Shown: one piece after another, positions 22,720-34,700 of the stretch
How the letters are laid out: each line of letters starts with the position of its first letter
How positions within the stretch are numbered: position 1 is the first letter of the stretch
Source: Guillardia theta CCMP2712
Lineage: Eukaryota > Protista > Cryptophyta
Length of the DNA stretch: 64,000 nucleotides
Assembly (NCBI RefSeq): GCF_000315625.1
Contig: NW_005434579.1
Coordinates: forward strand, 159,584 to 223,583
Direction: 5' to 3'
Notes under the pieces: generated by a model
The model's input: only the letters and a program-made list of their open reading frames with translations
The model's database searches: none
Told to the model about the DNA's origin: nothing
Translations under genes and position numbers: made by a program

Positions 22720-23968
22720 TGCCTGTGGCCCCGTTTCTGTGACCCTACTGCGTTATTGGGACATGCGGGATGGTGTGAAAACAGCGCCGTCTGCTCTCAA
22801 CATCTCTCACAGTGGGGTGCTTCGTGATTTCTGCGCGAGCGTGTTAGCAGCGAGGATAACTAAGCCACCCCCTGACTAAAACTCCTGCCTCCGGTTCGAG
22901 ATGGAAACGCCAAGAGAGCGTTCTTATCTCGAACGTCCTCCCCTCTCTCCTTGCTCCTGCTTGCCATGTTGTATGTATCCTAGAGTCCCTCTGCCATACA
23001 TTTTCCTTCTCTCCCCATCCTCCCCCCCCCCCTCCCCCATCCTCCCCCCCACTTCCTCCTTCTCTTCCTCCATCGCGCCGGTTTTGTTCTCAAGCATGAT
23101 GCTTGTGGGACTCATCCCATCTCATGACCAACTCAAGTCGAGCACAGCGACTGAGCAACTCAGTGCACTGCCCACCGGAGAGTCAAATGCCGGTGGGCCC
23201 GGTCCGGGCCGACCGCCGGATATCCCGAGCCAAGTCAACGTTGTTGGCCACCTCTCCGTCGGACGCCACAGTACCCTGGAACAAGTACCATTAGTAGTAG
23301 GGGTAGTAAGAGGTACCCAGATATTCACGGTAAGTAAGGAGGGTAGTCACTTTTGTCGGAGCTTTGTGAGAGGGGTAGTGGTGAATTCAGAGGCACAGCC
23401 AGTTGGTTATAGGGGTGGGTGGGTAGTTGGTCGAAGTAGGGCCGCGGCGAGGGGAGAGAGTTGCCGGAAATAGAGCAGACGGGAATAAAAAGAGATGCCG
23501 GAGGAACACGGGGATATCAGAGGAGCGACGGGGCCATGGAGAGCGGGAACAAGGATAGAAGCTGAGATGGCAGGGCAGGAGGGAGGGAAGGGAGAACTTG
23601 GAAGGGAGTGTGTGTGTGAAAGGGGATGTTACGTAGTAGTAGGAAGAAAGGAGTTGCGTTGTAGCGAACAGTTTTAGTATTTGTTCGGTACGAGCTATGT
23701 TCAAGAGATATGTTGGTTTGGTCTTTCACGGTGATGGCGATGATTCTATCATCGTTGAAGTACTCTGCATTCCTACTAGTAGCAGTACTGCACTGAGACG
23801 AAATGTTCTTGGCTTCCCTCCCCTCCTGCCCATAAATATCTCATGTGTTAATTTCACGATTCCTGTCGATATCATGTGTAGAATGATGCCAAGTAGCCTT
23901 GGATACTTTAATAACACTTCTCTTTATATCTACTCACCAGTTCTTCGTAATGACCTGTTGCCTGGCAG

Positions 23969-24130
23969 ATGTTCTCTACCCTTGCTATGGTTATGCTCGA
24001 TGACGTCAACACCATCAACACCTGGGCGGAGCCTCACAACGCCAACGGTGTCACCCCCAACACCGTCATCGACTCCAACGATGAGCCCCCCTGCAACAAC
24101 CAGCAGCGCATGACTGCTCGTGCCTATTAA
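23969..24130 (+). CDS. Small 53-aa protein MFSTLAMVMLDDVNTINTWAEPHNANGVTPNTVIDSNDEPPCNNQQRMTARAY (not in ORF track)
   Basis: Clean ATG to TAA with strongly C-ending codon bias (all Asn AAC; GTC, ACC, ATC). The ATG sits immediately after a TGAC...GCAG acceptor-like site. Confidence 0.65.
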   Translation: MFSTLAMVMLDDVNTINTWAEPHNANGVTPNTVIDSNDEPPCNNQQRMTARAY

Positions 24131-24479
24131 ACAGTCTCTTAGTTTGATAAACGATCAAGTCCCTGTGCTCCCTGCTTCTGCCTCGCCCTATTGTCCTCTG
24201 CTTCCTTCGAATCTCCTCTAATCAGTGAAGTTTTCTGTGCTGCAGTGAGGTCAGTGTCTGTCCTTGGAGACGAGATGGTCTCGTGTGTGATGAGGGAAGA
24301 ACTTGAAAGGCTGAAAGTATAAAACATGTGCTTGCATCGTGTTGTACGTTTTAGTTTCATTTTAATTCATTCACTTAGATTCCATCTGTTGGTTAACGTT
24401 GGTTGCTGTATCATCTGCTTCTGTCATCACTGCAGAAATAATCCATCTCTTCGTTCTTCTCCCTTGTTCTCACCAGAGC

Positions 24480-27400
24480 CTACAAGACCTTGAGCAAAAC
24501 CTCCTCCACCACCTTCTCCATCTCTTCACCTGTCTCATCCATGTGAAACATCTCGTCTTCTTCTTGGGTTTCCCTGGCCCATAGTCCTGCTGTCTGTTCT
24601 CAAGGATAGAACCTGCGGCACGTCAGTCTCACATCTTCCTCACCGACTTTCCTCACCATTGCTGGCGTTCACTTGCTGATTCATCTGCCCCACGTGGGCT
24701 TGGTTCCTCAGGTACGGCTCCTCCTCCTCGCTCGTCGTTTCCCCCGCCACCGTCTTACAGTGCTGTGCCTCCTCCTCGCTCTTGCCGCCTGCCGACGTGT
24801 CAACGATTCACAGAGGCAGGTCGGCGCGCCACGTCACACCAGCGTGTAACCCAGCGCAGATAATCTGTTCAAGGATCTGGAGATAACATGAGCATGACAA
24901 CTCAAACGAGTGCAATCAGTTCCTCGTCTGGATTCTCCGAGAATTTCTAGCAAGAGGTGTGAATGTCCGAGGGAGAGAGGAGAAGAGCTGGTCACCTGAA
25001 GATGGCTTATCTTATCTACGATCATCTTTGCCTTCTCCTTGCTGATGGCTGAGGTCAGCGAGCTCAAAGTTCCTGCAGGTTGCAAACGAGCAAGGAAGGC
25101 GTCAGGTCTTCCAACATGCACTCACAAGACATTCTGACCGCACTGCAGGTGAAACTGGACGGTAGAAGGCTCAGTTGCATTACGAGCGTGAGTTGAACGA
25201 TCGTTGGCAGCCGACGATGCTGAAGACCTGTTCCTATCCCCCTCATGTCAACAACACCACCACCTTGCTCATCAGGTTTCATTGCCGACCTTCCCATGTC
25301 CACTGCCTCGCTCTCATCAAAATCGACAGCCGAGGCCTCGTCTTCACCCGACAGTCTGTCAGATCACCAGAGCACTGCAGTACATCCCCTACCTTGAGTC
25401 TCCCCAGTGTCAGATCCTACGGATATGTCCTGAATTTTCGCAGTCAGATGTGCCTCCAACAAGTATGGGAGGGCCTCAGTCTTGTACCTTGACGTCTATC
25501 GGCGTCTCTTCTTCTTCCCCATCTTCCACGTTTTTCTGTGATGGTTCAGTGCCGTGATCAGATGTCTGTGATAGGATATTTCAAGACATCGGAACAAAAG
25601 TAGGAGCGGAGAATCGTTGGAACTCAAGGAAGTCAAAACATTCAGCACCTCGAACGAGAGTTTCTTCTTGCTTGCAAACCCAGGTGACGCTGTCTTGTCC
25701 TCTGCCTGTACAGAAGCCATCAGAACGCGAGGCTCTTCACCGTCGCTACTCCACCATGGCAACGGGCTGCACCAAGACATCGGCGTTGCTCGTGTCTGCG
25801 CGGGGGGTCTCGGTGTCGGAATCGTTGGGGGTCCAACTTTGCAATGGCGTCTGAAACCCTTCGGAGAGCATCTTGAGGGATTTTCGAAACCGTTTTCAAG
25901 GCACAGGGAGGAAGAGAGGTGAACGTCCTGAGTAGCCTCCAAGTCGATGCTTGAAATCTCGTTGGTCCTGACTTGGTCGTTGTGGTCGTCGAAGTTTGTC
26001 CACAAGTCCTCCCGACGTCGCTGCTTCTCTAGACTCTCATGCGCGATCCGCAGAAGCTACACAGCAAGTGAGGCCGGAGCAGAGGTCTCAACAGCTCTCA
26101 CATTCGACTTGACCGTCGGAGGATTCCTTCCCTCGAAGTTCGATCTCCGACATGTCAGCTGTCAGGCAGGGCAGTCAGCTCCCACACCCCATCGCATTCT
26201 CAGCTCATCTCCTACCCCAAACTGCGAAGGAAATGCTGTACAGCAAAACGTGGTACCAGAGCCTGCGCCCGCCATCGGGTTCAAGGTGGTAGGACGCAAT
26301 GGCATCCCTCACCGCTGCTGTAAACCGCGGGATACAGGTCGGGACCCTGCACCCCCCCCAGCTTGCCCTTGACATCCTGACCGTTGCAAGAGAAGCGGAG
26401 CTACAGGGCAAGATCAGCATCACTACGACTTGAGCTCGCAATCACTCTGACCTCCGCGTTTTGATAGTCGAAGTGAACCCCAATGCGACAGATGCCTTTG
26501 TGGTCCCACTGGAACGGCTCCACCTGATCAACACGGACCCTCGTCAAGAGGAGCAACAGCAGGTGCTCTAGAGCATCTGCTGCGTGAGTCTCTCCTTACC
26601 TCTGTATCCTCTATGTGCTCCCCGCGGCAAAGGAAACCACTGCAGGCGCATCTCAGTATCACGGTCAGCTAACATTTCTCCTCACCGATCATGGTAGAAC
26701 CATGCAAGGTCGCGCTTGCTCTCCATCTTCACGGACACGTAAGTGTGAGTTCGTGTCGTCTCCTGCTGAGGAAGAGCATCGTACCGATCCTCTCTGACGC
26801 AAGGACTCGTCGAGCGGTATCGACGAGTCCACCACCCCAACTCCAATCCATTCCTTGCCGCTGCATCTGCTGTCACGGGGTGCGGGATCAAGCGCGCCAC
26901 AACCTTCTCTTGATGCTGAACTCCCACACCAGAGGCTTGAAAGCAAACCCGAGCTCGAAGTTGAGGAGACCCGCTGCCAGCCTTTGTTCAGCTTCCACCC
27001 AGCTGCAGACACCAAACGTCCGGATCTTGTCTCACCTGCAAACTTTGGGGTATCCTTCTCTTTCAGGAGCGTTGCTCCAGACACCTGGAGCATCGACATC
27101 AAGTTCAGAGATCAGCATGATGCAGAGAGGTTCTTCTGAACCTTCATGGACGACGGCTCCCACTTGTACCAGGTGTTCTGCTCGTCAATCTGCGTAAGGC
27201 AAGCATAAGTTCAAGGACCATGTAGACAGCTATACGATGTTTTGTTCCTCGAACATACTCACGTCCATGGAAGTCGAACCATTGAGCTTCCCGTTGTTCT
27301 TCGGCTTTCCGTTCTGATGCGAGCTCATATCGGACCGCTATCAGCGAGCGTCAACTTTCAATGTCCGAACAATCACATTCATCACTTTTGTTGTCTTCCG

Positions 27401-27590
27401 CGCTCGAACATCGTCGGAGTTCATCTGATCTTCTATTATGTAATCACTGCAAGACAGGTTCAGTCTCTCTCAAACAGCACGTTCGCAATGTCAGGGCACC
27501 GCGATCATGCTGATACTCATGCCCGAGCCATCAGCGTTTTCATCCATCTAACAACCTGTACATGGTAGCAGCCAAGACCATGGTCTCCAT
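24480..27590 (-). CDS. Multi-exon hypothetical protein, putative SPRY/B30.2-like domain
   Basis: Exon fragments GWQRVSSTS, GLELGWWT, AWFYHD, ICRIGVHFDYQNAE and YPAVYSS follow SPRY strand order; acidic C-terminus EEMEKVVEEVLLKVL-TAG at 24480. Boundaries approximate. Confidence 0.5.
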
Positions 27591-28204
27591 CTTGAGTTGA
27601 CCATAGCCACTACCAACAAGCTCCTGACAAGAAGTGAGCGATCGAGCATTGCTTTCCTCTATCTCTTCCCGTCCTCCCCTGAACTTGAAGCGCTGATTCC
27701 TGCCCCCCCCTCCCCCATGGACTCCTCGCTCCTTCGAGTATCCTCGCATCCTATCGTACACACTTCATCTCTCTAACTTCCATCCCTGTCCTCCTTCTCC
27801 CCCTCCCCCCCCCCCTCCCCTCCCTCCCTCCTCCTTGCCCGCTCCCCCCGCTGTTGCTTCCCTCCTCCACTCTTTCCCCTCATCCCCCGTAGTTCGCCAT
27901 CCGCATGTTGACCACAAAGTCCACAAGGGTGGTCGAACGGACCCTTGGAACATTCTACTACCCCCAATAATCCGTGTAAAATGTATATGGTGTCATATAT
28001 ATTTGTACCTGAGAACAGGAATCGACCAAAAGGTTTTATTTTGTACTATTATTTTTGTTTTGTTTGTACTTGCTGACCTTTCATTCGACCACCAGCATTC
28101 ATTACCCCCTTCCCGAGGCCCTTTGACCACCCACCTGGAGTACTTCACCACCTCTTTCACCTAAAAAGTTGGGTACAGGGGTAGCAGTAACCAAAATTTA
28201 CTTA

Positions 28205-28690
28205 CACGGGCCGGGCCCTCAGCCTCGGAGTCAGACACTGATGGTCATGGGCCCGGCCCCGGGGGGGGCGCCGGGCTGTGACACGGGTGACGGCCTTCTG
28301 TGACACGGCCTTCCGGGGGGGCACCGGGCCTGCCCTTCCGGAGTCACCCGGCGCCGACTCGGACTCGGCGGGCTCCGAGAGCCGCAGTCCACGGCCCGGG
28401 AGCCCCGGGCCCGGGGAACTTGGAAGGAGGTTGGGGCGCCGCCGCGGGCCCGTCGGACGGTTCGCCCCCGCGCATGTGCAGTCACTGAGTGCCGCTGTGC
28501 AGGGGGCAGGCTACTCGTGAATGTGGCAATAGTTCCGATGACTGAAATGACTCTGTGAGGTTCACTTGACCGGGAGACATTCAACTTAACAAACAAGGTG
28601 AGAAAGAATACTACAAGTAGTCAGCTCGGGCTCTAGCTGAGCGGCTCGGACTCCAGCCGGGAGTCCGAGGGTAGCGGGGAGGTAGTGTAC
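28205..28690. repeat. GC-rich palindrome-rich intergenic island
   Basis: Same word composition as the other islands. Confidence 0.7.
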
Positions 28691-28709
28691 ACGAGTGAGA
28701 GTGAAGTCG

Positions 28710-31700
28710 CTACTTGACGGTGTCGGAAAGGTTGCGGAGAGCTACTCCCGCCTGCTCCTGAATCTTCTCCTCGGGGGAAGAAAGCAGCTCAATCAACAGC
28801 GGCAAGACACCAGCCTGCACCAGGTGTGAGCGAGGAGCCAGTGGTGGTTGAGGAGATGGAAGAAGGAAGAAGAGGAGGAGATGAATATGACCTGTACAAG
28901 AGCGGGTCGCAGCTCAGTTGTTGCCGAGATGTTTCTGATCGTTGCAGCAGCCTGCGATGAAAACAGTGAGGGACGATGGCAGTGAGAAGCAGGACGAGGA
29001 GGAAGAGGATCAGGAGGAAGAGGATCAGGAGGAAGAAGGTCAAGCAGAGGGGAGGAGGGAGGGCTGACCTGCTCCTGCACTTTGTAGTCGGGGCTCTTGA
29101 GGAGCTCGGTGAGGAAGGGCACACCACCATCCGACACGACGATGCTGGCGTGAGGAGCAGAGACAGACAAGTTGCGCAGGATGCCTGCTCCTTGTTCTTG
29201 CACGCGAGGATCCTGGGGGAGGGGGTCAGACGAGGAGGGAGAAAGAGCGGCAGCGTCTACCTCCGACTTGAGCAGGAGGAGGACTGGGGGGATGACGCCG
29301 AGGGAGACGAGCTTCGGTTTGTTGTCGGTGTGCATGGAGAGGTTTCGTATCGCTCCTCCTGCCTGCTCCTGGATCTTGACCTGCTGCTTGTACTGTGCCA
29401 TCTGACCCTCGTACTCCGGCTCTCCCTCCATGGAGGAAGGTTCGTCGGGGGGCTTGAGGAGGGCGATGAGAGGAGGGACGACGTCGGCTTCGACGATGGC
29501 AATCTTGTTCTCTGAGTTGACAGAAAGGTTGCGAAAGATCACTGCCGCCTGCTCCTGGAGACGCAGGTCGGCGGAGCGGAGGAGGGAGACGAGGGGGACG
29601 ATGGCCCCCTCCTCAACGATCTTGATCTTGCTGTCTGGGGTGACGGAGAGATTGCGGATGGCGACTGCGGACTGCAGCTGGATCTTGATCTCTGGGGAGA
29701 AGAGGAGGGAGATCAGGGGACCGAGCACTCCCTCCCTGAGCATGTCAGCCTCCAGCTCTGGGTTCATCGACAGGTTCCTCATAGCGCCGGCAGCATGCTC
29801 CTTGACTTTGTCCGAGCCCGATCGCAGCAGCGTGACGAGCGGTGGGAGACCTCCTGCTTGTACCAGCTTCACCTTGTTCTTGGGGTTGACGGAAAGATTG
29901 GCTAGGGCTCCTGCCGACTGCCTCTGGACCTTGTCGTTGGTGGAGCGGAGCAGAGTGACCAGAGGCCGCAGCCCTCCCTCTTGCACGATCTGCAGCTCGT
30001 TCTGCGGGTTGACGGAGAGGTTGCGGAGGGCGACGGCCGCCTGCTCCTGGATCTTGTCGTCGGAGGAGGAGAGGAGGGCGATGAGGGGAGGGATACCGCC
30101 TTCCTGGGAGATGAGCACCTTGTTGTTGGCGTTGACCGACAGGTTGCGGATCGCCCCAGCAGACAGCTCCTGCAGCTTCGGGTCCTGCGACTTGAGGAGC
30201 TCCACGAGGGGAGGAAGGGCCCCGTCCTCCACGATCTTCACCTCATTCTGGTCGTTGACTGACACGTTCCTGATGACCACTGCCCCATGCTCTTGCATGC
30301 CCTTGTCCTGAGAGCGGAGGAGGGAGATAACGTAGGGGAGGCCTCCCTCCGACACGATGCGGTCCTTGTTCTTGGGGTGAGCAGACAGGTTCCTTATGGC
30401 GACGGCAGCAGGCTCCTGGATGTTGATGTTGGGGTTGGCGAGGAGGCTGAAGAGAGGACGCAAGCATCCGTCTTGTACCATCCGTACCTGACAGGAGAGA
30501 GTCAAAGGGAGAATCCTCCACCTGCCCCTGCCCCTTGTCCTTCTTCCCTCCTCTCCTCCTGTTGCTCGCCCCTCCGCGCTCCCCTCCCTACTCCTCTTGC
30601 TCCCTCCCTTCCTCACCTTGTGGGCAGCAGATGCCGAGAGGTTCTTGAGGGTGTTGACCGCATGTTCCATGGCAGAGGGGTTGGGGGAGGAGAGGAGGGA
30701 GACGAGAGGAGCGATCGCTCCTGCCTCCACCAGCTCGCCCTCCGTCTCCTGCGAGACTGACAGGTTGCGGCAGATGCCTGCTGCCAGCGCCTGAAGGAGG
30801 TGAGGTCAGGAGGACAAGTTGCGAGGAGGAGGAGGAGGAGGAAGGGAAGGGGAGGGGGAGGAGGAGGAGGAGTCACCTGCGCCTCATCGTTGGGAGACGT
30901 GAGCAACTGAACGAGGGGAGCGATGCCTCCATACTCGGCAAGTTTGAGCACTGATTATAGCAAAAATGTCAGCAGACTTCTCGTTCACTGCTCCATCCCT
31001 CCCTTCCTCCCTCCTCTCCCTCTCCTCCGTCTCTCCTCCTCAACCTGTCGAGGTGTCGAAGGACAAGGAGAAGAGCGAGGCAAGCGCCCCCTCCTGCGCA
31101 GCCGCAGAGTGGGAGCGGGTGAGGGCGATCAGGGGAGCGAGACCGTCGGCTTCGAGGATCTTGTGCTTCATGTCCACGTTGGCAGTGATGCTCCTGACTG
31201 TAAAGACGGCATGCTCTTGAACCTGGACGTTGGGGGAGCGGAGGAGGCCGATCACGAGCGGGAGGGCTCCTTCCTCTATGATTCTCTTCTGATTCTCCAT
31301 GTTTGCGGCGATTGTGCGCATGGAGGAGATGGCCTGCTGTTGGACGGCCTCCTGGGGAGCGAGGAGGAGCTCCATGAGGGGGGGGAGGCCGTTGTCGCTG
31401 ACCAGCTCGACCTCGTTCGCGGCTGAGGTGGCAAGGGACCGGAGGACCTCGATGCTCTGCTCCTGCACTCGCTGATCCGGGGAGCGCAGGAGGGCAACGA
31501 GGGGAGGGATCCCTCCCTCCTTGCTCGTCTCGAGGTCCATCTCGCCATGCACAGCGATGTTCTTGAGCACGACGATTGCGTGCTCGTTGACCTGACGCCA
31601 TGTCAGCTGCTGCCCTCCTCTCCTCTCCTCTCCTCTCCTCTCCTTCTCTACCTTGTCGTTGTTGGAACGCAAGCAATTGACAAGGACTGACAGTCCTCTC

Positions 31701-34700
31701 TCCCGCACGATCTTCGACGCGTTGTCGGGGGAGGTGGAGAAGTTGCGGAGGGCAAGGAGCGCCTGCTCCTTGGTGGGGTCGTCGTTGGAGGCGAGCATCT
31801 CGAGGAGGCGAGGGATTCCTCCCTCCTGTACCACCTTCACCTCCGCATCCGCAGATACGCTGAGGTTGCGGAGAGCAACAGCGGCGAGTTCCTGCACCTG
31901 AGGAGAGGAGTGAGGAGAGGAGAAGAATGGAGCAAGAAGAAGAGAAGGAGGAAGAAGAAAAGGAGTGAAGGAGTGATGGATGCTAAAGGATTGATCAAGA
32001 TTCGACTGACCTGATCGTCTCCCGAGCGCAGGAGAGCGATGAAACGGGGGAGACCTCCATCCTGAACGATCCTCGCCTTGTTGCGAACATTCATAGAGAG
32101 GTTCGCAAGGGCTCCGCATGCATGCTTCACAATCTGATCCACGTCATCAACTCAGTACCGCCTCTCCTCTCCTCTCTTCTCCTCTCCTCTGCCCTTCCTT
32201 CCCCTCTCCTCCCCCTTCCACCCTTCTGTCCTCTCCTTCCCGCTCCCTCCCGTCTCTCCTCTTTTCTCCCCCTCCCTCGCCTTCAAACTTACCCTGAGGT
32301 TGGGCAGCTTCAGGATGTCGACAAGGGGGGTGATAGCTCCCTCGTCTGCGATCAAATCCCGAAGCTTCGGGTTGACCGCGAGGTTGCGAAGAGCTCCGGC
32401 AGCCTGACCCCAGAGGTCACTTCCTCCCTCCTCCTCTACTCCTCCCCCCTCCCCTCCTCGTTCTTCTCCTTCCCCCCTCCCCTCCTCGTTCTTCTCCTTC
32501 CTCCCCTCACACATTCCCTCCCTTCTCCCTGCACCCATCCTTCCCTCCACACTGGCAGCCCAGCAGCAGGAGCATGCTCACGCTGACCCACCTGCTCTTG
32601 GATGTTCTCCTCGTTGAGCCGGAGGAGGTTGACGAGGGGGAGGAGGGCACCCTCTTGCGACAGCTTGATCTTGATGACGTCATCCGTAGCCAAGTTCCTG
32701 ATGGCCCCTGCCGACTGCTCTTGCACTTTCTTGTCGGCAGAGCGGAGGAGCGCGATCTGGGAGGGTGTCAGCCAAGTAGGAGACTCGTAGAGGAGGAGGG
32801 AGGGAGGGAGGGAGGGAGGGGGAGGGAGGGAGGGGAGGGGAGGGGAGGGAGGGGAGGGAGGGAGGGAGGGAGGGAGGAAACGAATCGGAGGAGGGAGTGG
32901 ACAGAGAAGGACAAGAAGGAACCCTGCAAGGAAGGGAGGAGGGTAGAGGCAGCAGGGCAAGGAGGCAGGTGCGGGGCCCACCAGAGGAAGCAAGCCTCCC
33001 TCGTCGACGATCCTGTTCTTGTTGTTCGGGTTGACAGCGAGGTTTCTCAACGTCCTGCAAGGCAAGAACTAAGTCCCTTCCCCCACCCGCCCTGCTCTCT
33101 GCTCTCCCTCTCACCCTTCCCCATAACATCAGCTTCTCCTGACATACCCTGCTCCCCCCCTGCCCCTCCTCCTCCTCCTCCTCCTCCTCCTCCTCCTCAC
33201 CCGGCGGCCTGCTCCTGTATGATCTTCCTGGGCGACTTGAGGTTCTTGACCAGCGGCGGGAGCACTCCCTCCCCCATCAGCTTCTCGTCGTTGGCAGCGT
33301 TCACCGAGATGTTCCTTAGGATGATACACGCCTGCTCCTGCAGCTCCTCGTCGCTGGAGGAGAGGAGCGGGAGGAGGGTGCGAAGGACGCCCTCCTGTAC
33401 CACCTTCACCTCGTTGTCCGTGCTCGCTGCCGTCAGGTTGCGCAGGGCGATGGCGGCATGTATCCTGCAGGAGGGCAGGAGGGAGCCTCCCATGAGCCAG
33501 ATGAGCTGCGCAATCCCTCCCTCGAGGGCGATCTTCTCCGCCACGGCAGGGGATGCCGAGATGTTGCGGAGGGAGGCAGCGGCGTGCTCGAGAATCTTGT
33601 CGGAGGAGGAGGACAGCAGCTGGACTATCAGCTTCACCCCGCTTCCTTCAGCGATCTTGGGTCTGTTGGCAGCCCCGCAGGAGAGATTGCGGATGGCGCC
33701 GATGGCGTGCTCGATGGTCGTCTCGCTGCGGCTGGAGAGGAGGGAGACGAGAGGAGGAAGTCCTCCCTCCCACACGAGCTTGTCGTCGTTCTCTGCGCTG
33801 ACCGACAGGTTCCTGAAGACAACAGCAGCGTTCTCCTGCAGCTCGCTGTCCCCCGAGGTAAGGAAGGCGATGAGCGGGTGGAGGCCGTTCTCTCGGAGGA
33901 TGTGAGCCTTGGACCTGCTGTTGGCGGAGAGGTTGCGGATACATCCTAGCGCAGCCTTGCTGATAGCTGGATCAGAGGAGGAGAGGAGCTGGACCAGAGG
34001 AGCGATGGCGCCGTCCTGGAAGAGGTGGATGTCACTCTCTGGCTCGACGGTCACGTTCCTGAGGGTGATTAGCGCTCCCTCGATGAGCTCGGTCGCGGTT
34101 CCTCGCAAGATGTTGACGAGGGCTGGGAGAGCTCCTTCGTTGACGATGCGAACCTGCGATGAGGTCAGGGGGAGGGGGAGAGGGAGGAAGGGAGAGAATG
34201 AAGTGGAGGAGAGAGAGAGGAATAGCAGAGTAGAGAGGAGCAGAGACAAGGCAGTACAAGAGGAGGGAGGAGGGAGGAGGGAGGAAGATATGTAGAAAGG
34301 CACTGAGGAAGGAGGAAGGAGGAGGAGAGGTGGGAAGGGGAGAGCTGACCTTGTTGGCTGCGGACACGGATAGGTTGCGGAGGACGCCGAGGGACTGCTC
34401 TTGGATCCGTTTGTCGGGGGAGCGGAGGAGAGCGATAATGGGAGGAAGCGCTCCTTCCTCAGCGATCTTCACCTCGTTGACCTCGTTGACCGACAGGTTG
34501 CGGAGCGCGACAGCAGCATGCTCCTGCAAAAGCGTGAGGGGGAGAGGGCATGGGGTGCGATGCGGAAGGGGAAGCAGATGAGGGATGGAGGAAGGGGAGG
34601 AGGAGGAGGAGGAGGAGGAGGAGGAGGAGGAGGAGGAGGAGGGATAGGAGGAGGAGGGATAGGAGGAGGAGGGATAGGAGGAGGAGGAGGAGGAAGGAGG

